A DNA stretch of 64,000 nucleotides, taken from the NCBI GenBank assembly GCA_048938005.1, contig JBHLMQ010000004.1:2447-66446 (forward strand). Direction: 5' to 3'. The position numbers were made by a program, and so were the translations under genes. This DNA comes from Promethearchaeota archaeon (GTDB lineage: Archaea; Asgardarchaeota; Lokiarchaeia; Sigyniarchaeales; SOKP01). The notes beneath the pieces are model-generated. The model was not told the origin of the DNA and ran no database searches. It was given only the letters and a program-made list of their open reading frames with translations. This document shows positions 29,578 to 39,105 of the stretch, piece by piece (within the stretch, counting starts at the first letter, position 1; every line of letters begins with the position of its first letter).

Positions 29578-29796
29578 TTATCCCAATTCTTCAAATTCAC
29601 TTTCGCGAGGATGACTCAGATCTTTGTCTTTACGTGTATCACGATAATAAAAATCACAATAATCATCGCCCATCATTAGAGTTTTCGTTCTCGTAAGAAC
29701 GAAATTAGGATTTAAATTTTGTGCTCCCTGAAAATCAGAATAGCATAACATAGCATAAAACAATTCTGAATCAAAATCTTTCAGTAGTGTTGAAGT
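29578..29796 (-). pseudogene. C-terminal remnant of an L-2-amino-thiazoline-4-carboxylate hydrolase-family gene
   Basis: LC..DF......NP...LTRTKTLMMGDDYCDF motif; in-frame TAA at 29797-29799 and no N-terminal half. Confidence 0.65.
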
Positions 29797-29849
29797 TTAA
29801 AGCTGAAAGTAAACTTTCTTATCAAATAATTAAAAAAAAAAAAATAAGT

Positions 29850-30242
29850 TTATTTTTCTGATGCCCATAAGAAGTGGATATTACAGTATTCTCGAGCCCA
29901 GAGCCCTTCTGGATTTGCAACAGTGAAAGTTGCTTTTGGCTCCATACCCGGTTTCAAGAATCTCCTTTCGTAGCATCCATCCTTACAGATAATCTCAATC
30001 CACATGATATAGTGCTCATCAGTCATGGGATGAGGAGTCCCCATAGAGATTCCTACATCAACTGTGACTTTATTCCCGTCAATGGTAATTTTTGGAACAT
30101 GCTTTTCTATTTTCCAATCAGTAGTTTGTTCCTCCATAAGTTTCATGGGCTCTCCACAGCATATTGTTTCGAGAGAAGCGGGGTGTAAAATTTCTATTAC
30201 TTTTCCGCATATAGAGCACCTGTAAATTTCTTTTTGCTTCAT
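29850..30242 (-). CDS. Desulfoferrodoxin (2Fe superoxide reductase)
   Basis: CSIC...CCG desulforedoxin domain; EKHVP, PHPM, HYI, YCNIH. Confidence 0.95.
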   Translation of the reverse strand: MKQKEIYRCSICGKVIEILHPASLETICCGEPMKLMEEQTTDWKIEKHVPKITIDGNKVTVDVGISMGTPHPMTDEHYIMWIEIICKDGCYERRFLKPGMEPKATFTVANPEGLWAREYCNIHFLWASEK

Positions 30243-30332
30243 ATTTCTTCACATTTTTAACTTTTTTGTTGTTAAATCATATATTTTTTTATTTAATGCT
30301 TTTGATTTTAAATTAAAAATCTATTCATTTTT

Positions 30333-30923
30333 TTAGAAATCTTCACATTTTTTTCTATAATATTCGCGAGGATGGTCACAGGATGGACATTTGAAGTCTT
30401 TAGGCAACTCATCCATTTCTACTTCGTACCCACATTCCATGCAAACCCACACAACTTTCTTTCCACGTTTAAAGAAAGCGTCATCACCAACTAATTTTAA
30501 GAGTTTACCATATCTCTCAGAGTGATGTTTTTCAGCTTTAATAATTGCGCGGACTCTTTTAGCAATATCGGGATATCCTTCTTTTTCAGCAGTTTCTACA
30601 ATATCAGGATATAACGTTTGCCATTCCATATTTTCTCCAGCAATAGCGGATTTAAGATTCTCAATTGTATCTCCTAGAGTTGTTGGGAATTTGGCATCAG
30701 GAAGAACTTTCATTTCATCAAATTTTTCTTCCTTTTTAAATTGTTGAAGCATTTTATAGAACCAGCTACCATGTTCTTTTTCTTGATCTGACGTTTCATC
30801 AAAAATCTTTGAAACAAATACATATCCTTCTTTTTTTGCTACTTTAGAGAAGTAATTGTAACGGTTTCGAGCCTGTGATTCGCCAACATATGCAGTATAT
30901 AATTTTTTAGCCGTTTCTTTCAT
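30333..30923 (-). CDS. rbr: Rubrerythrin
   Basis: GESQARNRY, EKEH, GE..E, EKHH, CMECGY...CPSC; SD GGAGG before ATG 30923. Confidence 0.95.
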   Translation of the reverse strand: MKETAKKLYTAYVGESQARNRYNYFSKVAKKEGYVFVSKIFDETSDQEKEHGSWFYKMLQQFKKEEKFDEMKVLPDAKFPTTLGDTIENLKSAIAGENMEWQTLYPDIVETAEKEGYPDIAKRVRAIIKAEKHHSERYGKLLKLVGDDAFFKRGKKVVWVCMECGYEVEMDELPKDFKCPSCDHPREYYRKKCEDF

Positions 30924-31047
30924 AGTTTTTAACCTCCATTTTTTAAATTGGAAATTCGTAATATATGAATATATTTGGATTAATAACATTTCGCCTATTT
31001 TAAAACTTTTTTACTTATAATTTATAGAAAAACTGAAAAAGGATTAT

Positions 31048-33432
31048 TTAATAATAAGTTTCCGTCATTCTACTTTCTTCTAGTTCTACCGGATAACCTT
31101 TCCTGTGCCACATCATTATTCCTCCAATTAAATTTCTAATATCCTTATAACCTGCTTGTGCTAGGATTTGAGCTGCCATCATAGAACGAGAACCAGAGTG
31201 ACAAATTGCAATTATTTCCTCATCCTTATAATCCTTGATCACATCTGGATTGGTTAATAATTCTCCTAAAGGAATTAATTTAGTATTTTTAATATAACCA
31301 TGTGAACCATGATATTCTTGGGGTGTTCGGACATCAATCATAAGTGTTGGTTCGTCTTCAGTACCAATTCGTTCAAAAAGCTCATCAGCAGTAATCTCTG
31401 AAACTGGAGGCGCATCAGGAGGTCTTAGTTCTTTTCTGGTTTTCTTTTTAGGAGGAGTTATAATTTCAATTGGTTGAGTTTTTTCTAGCGTAGCAACTAA
31501 CATCCCTTTTTCTTTTCCAAGATATAATAAATTTACGGCTTCATTTAATTTGGAATAGGCCTCAACGCTTGATTTAAATCCGGGATCGGTTGCATATACT
31601 TTTAATTTCTTATTTTCTGGTAATGTCTCTAGTCCTTTAATTAATGAATTTAAAGGTCCCGGGCATGAAAGCCCACAAGCATCAACTATTACATAATCTT
31701 CACTTTCAATAGCTTTTTCATGAACAAATTCTTCAATAACATTTTCAGATCCTCCACAAGCTGCCATTATTCCTTCTGTAGTAGCAGTAGCCATCTCAAA
31801 AATTTTAAAACCTCCAGTTAATTCATACACATCTTTGTAACCCTTTTGTAGCAGAATTCTTAATGCCAAATAACTCCGATATCCTACTTCACAGTAAACG
31901 TAGATTGACTTATTATTAGGTATTTCATCTAGACGTTCTCTTAGTTCCTCAATAGGTATATTTATTGATCCTTCAATACTTCTAGCATCAAATTCTTCTT
32001 TAGTTCTAACATCTAATATCATAACCCCATTATTTCTAATTTTATTAAAATCGTGCCATTGCCAAATAGGCATATCTTCTTTAAGATAATTAGACGCAAC
32101 AAATCCTGCCATATTTATGGGATCCTTAGCAGAACTATAGGGAGGAGCATAAGTTAACTCTAATTCTTCCAAGTCAAAAATAGTGCCATTAAATTTTATT
32201 ACAGTTGAAATAACATCAATTCTTTTCTCTGTTCCTGAACCTCCAACAGCTTGTGCTCCAAGAATTTTACCACTTGGAATTTCAAAAATTAATTTCAATG
32301 TGATTGGAATTGCTCCAGGATAATAACCTGCATGATTATTAGGATGAATATATACTTTATCATATTTTATAGTAAGAGTTTTCAATTGTTTTTCTGTTAA
32401 TCCCACAGAGGCAACTGTTACATCGAAAATTTTAACAACAATTGCACCTAAAACACCTTTATATTCAGAATTCCTTCCCGCGATATTATCAGCTGCTATT
32501 CGTCCTTGTTTATTAGCTGGACCTGCCAAAGCTATAGATATTGGTTTTTTGGTTTGAAAATGATAAACTTCAACAATATCGCCTACAGCATATATATTTG
32601 GATTAGATGTTTGCATTCTATTATTGACGATAACATATCCTTTTTCAGTTACTTTTAAGTCAGCTTCTCTAGCTAGTCTATTTTCTGGTCTAATACCAAT
32701 AGATAAAATAACCAAATCTGTATCTATCACTCTACCACTTTTTGTTTTAACAAAAGGTTCTTCTTTATCATTTCTCCCAAAAGAATCAACAGGATCTTCT
32801 AACACCAAACAAACTCCATTTAGTATTAATTCTTGATGAATGAATTGTGCTATTTCCTTATCTATTGGTGGCATGACTTGATCGAGCATTTCAATAATTT
32901 TAACCTTCACTCCTTTCTCTACAAGGTTTTCTGCCATTTCTAATCCAATGAAACCTCCTCCTACGATAACAGCTTTATTTATATTATATTTTTCAACATA
33001 ATCTCGTATTTTTATTGCATCCGGAATTGTCCATACTGTAAAATAAGGAATATTATTAAGCCCTATGAATGAAGGCACTATTGGTTTTGAACCAGTTGCT
33101 AAAATTAAATAGTCATAATCAAGAAAATATTCATTTAAATGATTTAAATCTTTAACTTTAACTTTTTTTTGGTCTTTATCTATGGAAATTACCTCATTAT
33201 TAACTCGAACATCAATATTAAATCTCTCAAGAAACGTTTCTGGTGTCACCAATTCTAAAGACTCTCGATCTTTTATTATATTGCCTACATAGTAAGGTAA
33301 TCCACAATTTGCAAATGATACATAAGGACCTCGATCTAACATAATTATTTCGAAATCTTCTCTTAATCGTCTTAATCTAGCGGCAGCAGAAGCACCTCCT
33401 GCAACTCCACCAATTATTACAACTCTTTTCAT
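31048..33432 (-). CDS. CoA-disulfide/persulfide reductase fused to rhodanese, TusA and second rhodanese domains
   Basis: GGVAGG, SFANCGLPY, YAPPYS; rhodanese CEVGYR; TusA CPGP; rhodanese CHSGSR. Confidence 0.9.
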   Translation of the reverse strand: MKRVVIIGGVAGGASAAARLRRLREDFEIIMLDRGPYVSFANCGLPYYVGNIIKDRESLELVTPETFLERFNIDVRVNNEVISIDKDQKKVKVKDLNHLNEYFLDYDYLILATGSKPIVPSFIGLNNIPYFTVWTIPDAIKIRDYVEKYNINKAVIVGGGFIGLEMAENLVEKGVKVKIIEMLDQVMPPIDKEIAQFIHQELILNGVCLVLEDPVDSFGRNDKEEPFVKTKSGRVIDTDLVILSIGIRPENRLAREADLKVTEKGYVIVNNRMQTSNPNIYAVGDIVEVYHFQTKKPISIALAGPANKQGRIAADNIAGRNSEYKGVLGAIVVKIFDVTVASVGLTEKQLKTLTIKYDKVYIHPNNHAGYYPGAIPITLKLIFEIPSGKILGAQAVGGSGTEKRIDVISTVIKFNGTIFDLEELELTYAPPYSSAKDPINMAGFVASNYLKEDMPIWQWHDFNKIRNNGVMILDVRTKEEFDARSIEGSINIPIEELRERLDEIPNNKSIYVYCEVGYRSYLALRILLQKGYKDVYELTGGFKIFEMATATTEGIMAACGGSENVIEEFVHEKAIESEDYVIVDACGLSCPGPLNSLIKGLETLPENKKLKVYATDPGFKSSVEAYSKLNEAVNLLYLGKEKGMLVATLEKTQPIEIITPPKKKTRKELRPPDAPPVSEITADELFERIGTEDEPTLMIDVRTPQEYHGSHGYIKNTKLIPLGELLTNPDVIKDYKDEEIIAICHSGSRSMMAAQILAQAGYKDIRNLIGGIMMWHRKGYPVELEESRMTETYY

Positions 33433-33543
33433 AAAAATAACCAATTTCTTTATTTATTTACAATTTCTTTAACTATTTTTATAAAACGATTAATTTAAAT
33501 TTGGTTATTATAAGTTAGAAACATTAGTATATAATCAAATATT

Positions 33544-34695
33544 ATGAAAAATGATAATGAAATGGAAGTTAATAAATTATTAACCGAAATAAATTCATGT
33601 ATAGATTGTATGGATTGTATGGAAGTATGCGATACTTACAAAGTTACTCATGATGAATTAAAATCACCTAATGGAAGATTAAAAATAGCAAAAAAAGTAT
33701 TTTCTAATAATCAGATTACAGATGAAGAACTTAAAGGACTCTATACTTGTACATTGTGTGGATTGTGTGATTTGATCTGTCAACAAGAAATTCTTATTTC
33801 AGAGGTTATACATTCATCGAAAGTCAAACTTGTGGAAGAAAATAGAGCACCTTTAGAAATACACAATAAAATTATAAGAGGAATTATTGAAAAAAATAAC
33901 TCTGTTGGAGGGAATCCTGAAGAGAGATTAAATTGGTTGCCTGACATTTATAAAGAAAATGAATTATTTGAAACGAAAGAGTCAGATACTCTGTTATTTT
34001 TAGGATGTATGTCTTCATTTCGAGTAACCGAAAGTGCCTTTGCTCCGTATGAAATTTTAAAACTTGCTGGTTATGAATTTAAGATTTTAGAAAAGGAACC
34101 ATGTTGTGGAGAATATATATATTCAGCGGGAAATCTTAGTCTTGCAAAGGAAATATTTAAAGAAAACATTGAACTCTTTAATAAGATTGGAATAAAAAAT
34201 TTGATAGTTACATGTGGAGGTTGTTTATATGCCTTTAATAAAGTATACAGAAAATACTTTAAGGGCTTCAATCTAAATGTAAGACATATAATTGAAATTA
34301 TCTATGAGTTGGAAAAAACTAATAAAATTACATTAAAACCATTAAATAAATTAATTACGTATCATGATTCTTGTCGAGTAGGAAGAAAATACAAAAGTGG
34401 ACCTTTATATTCTGAACCTCGAAAACTTTTAAATAAAAGTGGTTTAGAAATCAAAGAATTAACTAATAACCCAGAAGAATGTCCATGTTGTGGAGCAGGT
34501 TCCGGAATTAGAGGTGTTGATAGTAGTATTTGTATAAAAATAGGGAAAGAATTATTCAACAATATTGGAACTAAAGAACTAGTAACCTCATGTCCATTAT
34601 GTGTGTTTAATTTTAGGTATGTTAACTATAAAAATCAAATGGATATAGAAAGTAAATATATAACTGATTATATTTTAGAATCAATGAAAAAATAA
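33544..34695 (+). CDS. HdrD/GlpC-like Fe-S oxidoreductase
   Basis: CIDCMDC...C, CTLCGLC...C, FLGC, PCCG, YHDSC, CCGAG, SCPLC. Confidence 0.85.
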   Translation: MKNDNEMEVNKLLTEINSCIDCMDCMEVCDTYKVTHDELKSPNGRLKIAKKVFSNNQITDEELKGLYTCTLCGLCDLICQQEILISEVIHSSKVKLVEENRAPLEIHNKIIRGIIEKNNSVGGNPEERLNWLPDIYKENELFETKESDTLLFLGCMSSFRVTESAFAPYEILKLAGYEFKILEKEPCCGEYIYSAGNLSLAKEIFKENIELFNKIGIKNLIVTCGGCLYAFNKVYRKYFKGFNLNVRHIIEIIYELEKTNKITLKPLNKLITYHDSCRVGRKYKSGPLYSEPRKLLNKSGLEIKELTNNPEECPCCGAGSGIRGVDSSICIKIGKELFNNIGTKELVTSCPLCVFNFRYVNYKNQMDIESKYITDYILESMKK

Positions 34696-34703
34696 AAAAA
34701 AAG

Positions 34704-35504
34704 TTAACCTCTATAATCTAAAATTATTACAGCATCCACAAATAGTTCGTAATTCTCATCTTCGTCGAAATCATGTATAATAACTTTTTCTACCTCATCG
34801 AGTTCTCCTTTAATCTCATTTAACTCTGATTGTTGTATAATCTTTACATCAGATTGCTTTAATTTTTTGGCGATTTCCACAGTTCCAGGAATTTCTTTTG
34901 CAGAAGTTAGTACTATAACTCTCCCTGTATATTCGGTTAATTTAAGTGCTAATTCTAAAGAATCATCCCCTGTATCGACAATTAATACTCTCTTCTCTCT
35001 TAATTCTTCAAGATTAGGGACTTTCAAATAGACTCCTTTCCCTTTGAACTCGTCAACCCCCAGAATTACTCGTACTTCAAGTTGACATGAAGTAACTACC
35101 TCTATTTCTGGTTTTGTCCCCTCACGGTAATTATTTATGGCAGCTTTTAAGGCATCTGCGGCTAGATTTGAACAATGCATTTTGATAGGGGGTAACCCGT
35201 CCAATTCATCTGCTACATCACTTCGAGTAATCTTATACGCATCATCAAGAGTCATTCCTTTAGCCATCTCAGTTACCATTGATGAAGTTGATACTGCTGA
35301 TCCACATCCAAAGGTTCTGAATTTAATATCATCAATGATATCTTCTCCTTTATCATTTTTCCCTACTTTTATAAACATTTCCATTAAATCTCCACATACT
35401 GGATTTCCAACCTTTCCATATCCATCGGGATTTTCAATTGAACCTACATTTCGTGGGTTCCGAAAGTGGTCCATTACCTTATCGGTATATTTATGCACAC
35501 TCAT
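34704..35504 (-). CDS. iscU: IscU/NifU-type Fe-S scaffold with C-terminal Rossmann-like extension
   Basis: YTDKVMDHF.NPRNVG, GNPVCGD, FGCG, LPPIKMHCS; about 125-aa extra domain. Confidence 0.9.
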   Translation of the reverse strand: MSVHKYTDKVMDHFRNPRNVGSIENPDGYGKVGNPVCGDLMEMFIKVGKNDKGEDIIDDIKFRTFGCGSAVSTSSMVTEMAKGMTLDDAYKITRSDVADELDGLPPIKMHCSNLAADALKAAINNYREGTKPEIEVVTSCQLEVRVILGVDEFKGKGVYLKVPNLEELREKRVLIVDTGDDSLELALKLTEYTGRVIVLTSAKEIPGTVEIAKKLKQSDVKIIQQSELNEIKGELDEVEKVIIHDFDEDENYELFVDAVIILDYRG

Positions 35505-36695
35505 TTAATTTTCCTCCTCTTGTAATTTTTTTAATAAATCTGAAGGTGTTAGTGGTGATAAAATTCTTAGTTTTCTTACTATTCCGGGTAAAACTTCTAT
35601 AATTTTATCAATATCTTTTTCTTCTGTAAATCTCCCCAACGTTAATAATAAACTCCCATGTGCTTCCTCATGTAATAGACCACATGAGATAAGTGTATGG
35701 GATGGTTCTAAAGTTTTGGAAGAACAAGCAGAGCCAGTAGCTACCTCCACTTTCTCATCTTTTAATGATAAAAGTAATGATTCACCTTCAATATAATCAA
35801 ACCGGAAATTGACATTATGGGGTGTTCTTTTCTCAGGATGTCCATTTAAATATGATTTAGGTATCTTTAAAACTTCCCGAATTAATTTATCTCTAAGAAT
35901 TTTTAATCTGGCAGCTTCATCATTTATTTCCTGTTTCATTATTTCTGCTGCTTTTGCAAAACCTACTATTCCAGGCATATTTTCAGATCCAGACCTCATT
36001 CCTCTCTCCTGACCCCCTCCAATTATAATAGGGTCAACTCTCACGCCTTTCTTGAGATATAATGCCCCTGCTCCTCTGGGGCCATAAATATCGTTGGAGG
36101 ATAAAGTCAATAAATTAAAAGGAACTTTTTGCACATCAATAGGTATAGTACTTTCGCTTGCTACAGCATCAGAATGAAACCAAATATTGTTCTTTTGAGC
36201 TAGTTTCGCAATCTCTTCTACAGGCTGAAGTGACCCAATTTCATTACTAGCAGTAGAAATTGAAATTAAAATCGTCTCATCAGTTATTAATCGTTCTAAT
36301 TTATCCATATTAATGATACCAAATCTGTCCACAGGAACTCTATTCACTCTAAATCCCTGTCTTTCTAAATATTTACCAATATTTAATATCGAAATATGTT
36401 CAATTTCTGAGATAATAATATGATTTCCTTTTCTTCGATTTCGAAGAGCTGCGCCGATAATTCCTAAATTATTTGATTCGGTAGCTCCAGAAGTGAATAT
36501 TATATCTTCTGGATTTGGGGCATTAATAAACTCAGCAATTTTTATTCGAGCTTCTTCTAAAGAATTAGTAGCATTATATCCGTAGTTATGCAATGAAGAT
36601 GGATTTCCAAACTCTTTAATGAAATATGGTTTCATAGCTTCAAATACACGAGGATCCACTGGTTTAGCTGCTTGATAGTCTAAATAAACACTCAT
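35505..36695 (-). CDS. iscS: Cysteine desulfurase (IscS/NifS)
   Basis: YLDY, GNPSS.H, FTSGATE, GGGQE..RSG.EN, TGSACSS; the PLP-Lys position reads SSNDIYGP. Confidence 0.88.
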   Translation of the reverse strand: MSVYLDYQAAKPVDPRVFEAMKPYFIKEFGNPSSLHNYGYNATNSLEEARIKIAEFINAPNPEDIIFTSGATESNNLGIIGAALRNRRKGNHIIISEIEHISILNIGKYLERQGFRVNRVPVDRFGIINMDKLERLITDETILISISTASNEIGSLQPVEEIAKLAQKNNIWFHSDAVASESTIPIDVQKVPFNLLTLSSNDIYGPRGAGALYLKKGVRVDPIIIGGGQERGMRSGSENMPGIVGFAKAAEIMKQEINDEAARLKILRDKLIREVLKIPKSYLNGHPEKRTPHNVNFRFDYIEGESLLLSLKDEKVEVATGSACSSKTLEPSHTLISCGLLHEEAHGSLLLTLGRFTEEKDIDKIIEVLPGIVRKLRILSPLTPSDLLKKLQEEEN

Positions 36696-36713
36696 TTTTT
36701 AAGCCTCATTTTT

Positions 36714-36968
36714 CTACTTCAATTTCTTAAATATGAAAATTAAATCATCGCCATCTTTTTTAAACTCTACTACCTTAGTATCTGTTCTTTTAGCCCATCT
36801 TTTAAGATCTTCTTCAGCAGCAGGATCATCCGCAATAACTTTAAAACATTGTCCCACACTAAGTGTTTCACTTAAATGCCTAACCTCAAACAACGGTTCT
36901 GGGCAATATAAACCACGAGTATCTAGTTCTTCTTCAATTTTCATTTCTATATTCTCTTCATTATTCAA
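36714..36968 (-). CDS. tusA: TusA/SirA sulfur carrier
   Basis: LDTRGLYCPEP...ADDPAA..D...W. Confidence 0.9.
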   Translation of the reverse strand: MNNEENIEMKIEEELDTRGLYCPEPLFEVRHLSETLSVGQCFKVIADDPAAEEDLKRWAKRTDTKVVEFKKDGDDLIFIFKKLK

Positions 36969-37194
36969 TTTTAGAACCTCATTAAAAGGATTCTATTCTA
37001 ACATCTTCCTTGAGATATAAACGATTCAAAAAGAGTATAAATCTTCTCATTATAATTTAACAAACTTTAATAATAACTAAGATAAATGTATAAAACACAT
37101 AGAAAAGAATGATTATATTTTATAAATTTTCAAACCATTGATGTTAAAAAAGTTAAAATTAAAGTAAAAAAAATACAAAATCCCTAGAAAAATT

Positions 37195-37830
37195 TTATTC
37201 AATTTCCATTAATTTCTTTATATGTCTTACACCTTCAACAGCGTCATCGGCAAAATCATCTGCTCCAAGCTTTTTTGCAAGTTCCATATTTAAAGGAGCA
37301 CCTCCAACAATTAATTTTACTTTATCACGAAGTCCTGCTGCTTGTAAAGCTTCATGTACAATCTTTATTTGTTCTACAGTCATAGTAAGCAAAGTACTTA
37401 ATGCAATAATATTAGCACCTGTTTCCTTTACTTTTTCAATTATTACATTTTCATCAACATCCATCCCTAAGTCATAGAGTTCAAAACCAGAACTTAAGAG
37501 GAGAGATCCCAAAATATTTTTGCCAATATCATGATTATCTCCTTTCACTGTGGCAAGAATTATTTTTACCTTATCTTCTGATTTATCTGAAGCAGCTAAG
37601 ACCGGTTTTAAAATACTAAAAGCTTCCTTCATTGTTTCTCCAGCTAAAACAAGTTCTGTTAAATAATATTCCTTTTCTTCATAACGACGTCCAACTTCAT
37701 CCATTCCCTTTGTTAATGAATTCAATATATCAAAAGCATCTTTGCCTTCATCTAATGCTTCTTTCACAGCATCGGCAATATCATCTACTTCTAATTCAAT
37801 TACTAACTCTGTTAATTTTTCAAAATCCAT
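37195..37830 (-). CDS. Corrinoid (B12-binding) protein, methyltransferase cognate type
   Basis: GMDEVG..Y, GDNHDIGKN (DxHxxG), DLG.DV, VGGAP. Confidence 0.92.
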   Translation of the reverse strand: MDFEKLTELVIELEVDDIADAVKEALDEGKDAFDILNSLTKGMDEVGRRYEEKEYYLTELVLAGETMKEAFSILKPVLAASDKSEDKVKIILATVKGDNHDIGKNILGSLLLSSGFELYDLGMDVDENVIIEKVKETGANIIALSTLLTMTVEQIKIVHEALQAAGLRDKVKLIVGGAPLNMELAKKLGADDFADDAVEGVRHIKKLMEIE

Positions 37831-37954
37831 AAAAATCTCCTTTCTTTACGAAAATTAAAAGGAATTTATTATTAACTTAAATTAAAATTATCCTTTAAAT
37901 CTTATTTTAATAAAAAAATGCTCAATTTTAAATTAATTACTTCTTAAAGTAAGA

Positions 37955-38079
37955 AATGAGAGCGAGGGAGATGAGAAAACGTTAAAATCTTAAAAGTTTA
38001 AGATTTTACAAAAAATTTAGTTACCATTTTAATTAGGAAATTAGGGGATATTATTTGTATTTTCTCTATCTTCCCTCTA
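37955..38079 (-). ncRNA. Candidate structured small RNA or cis element (fold-back element 1)
   Basis: 16-bp bulged outer stem 37964-37979/38060-38077, perfect 11-bp inner hairpin 37983-38008, minus-strand TATA TTTAAATA at 38109-38102. Confidence 0.4.
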
Positions 38080-38291
38080 GGATATAAATATGAAACTTTA
38101 ATATTTAAACTTATTTTAACTTCTCCCTATTATAATGAGTATTTTAATAACTATCTTTAAAAAAGTATGGTTAAACACATTATATTTAAACAACAATAAA
38201 TCAATAAAATCTTTTTATTTAATTAACACATATTAAGGTAAATAGAGAAATTCATCACTAAAAATATAAATAAATAACAATTATTAACATC

Positions 38292-39089
38292 GTGCCAGAA
38301 AATAAAGAATCTTCCGAGAACATGAATAAAGAAAGTTCAACAGAAGAGAAGGGAATGGCGATTGAAACTACCTTTATAGACAAAATAAGCACAGAATATG
38401 CAGTAATTGGTAAGAATTTAGTTAAAGATTATGAAATTGGAGATTTTATCGTAAGAGCAGTTGATAATGTATCAATATCAATATATAATGGAGAGTTTTT
38501 AGTTATTAAAGGACCTAGTGGTGCAGGTAAAACATCATTATTAAATCTATTTGGGGGATTAGATACTCCTAATAGTGGAGTTATTTATAGTTTTGGAGTA
38601 AAAATCTCTGATATGAAAGAAGAATCACTAACAATTTGGCGATTACTAAATTCTGGATTTATATTTCAAAATTATAATCTTATTAGCACTCTTACTGCTG
38701 AGGAAAATGTAATGTTCCCTATGAATCTTTCAGGTGTATATTTCAAAGAGCAGAGAAAACGTGCAAAAGAATTGTTAACAAAAATGGGACTTGAGGATCG
38801 AAAAGAACATTTACCTTTTCAATTGTCTGCTGGTGAACAGCAAAGAGTGGCAATAGCAAGAGCATTAGCAAATGATCCTCCAATGATTTTAGCAGATGAA
38901 CCTACTGCCAATTTAGACAAGAATACTAGTCAATTCATTAGGGATCTTTTTAAAGATTTAAAAGATAGCGTTAGAACAATAATAATTGCTACACATGATG
39001 ATTATTTAATAAATTTGGCTGATAGAATAATCTCGTTTTATGATGGAAAAATCGTGGGAGAAGATGTAATAACAGATTTTAAAAAATAG
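38292..39089 (+). CDS. ABC transporter ATP-binding protein (LolD/MacB type)
   Basis: GPSGAGKT, LSAGEQQRVAIARAL, ILADEPT, H-loop. Confidence 0.93.
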   Translation: MPENKESSENMNKESSTEEKGMAIETTFIDKISTEYAVIGKNLVKDYEIGDFIVRAVDNVSISIYNGEFLVIKGPSGAGKTSLLNLFGGLDTPNSGVIYSFGVKISDMKEESLTIWRLLNSGFIFQNYNLISTLTAEENVMFPMNLSGVYFKEQRKRAKELLTKMGLEDRKEHLPFQLSAGEQQRVAIARALANDPPMILADEPTANLDKNTSQFIRDLFKDLKDSVRTIIIATHDDYLINLADRIISFYDGKIVGEDVITDFKK

Positions 39090-39105
39090 GAAAAAGAATC
39101 ACAAG

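Noticed and set aside
37195-38079. Cobalamin riboswitch upstream of the corrinoid gene
   Set aside because: No recognisable B12-box or conserved core; kept only as a generic structured element.
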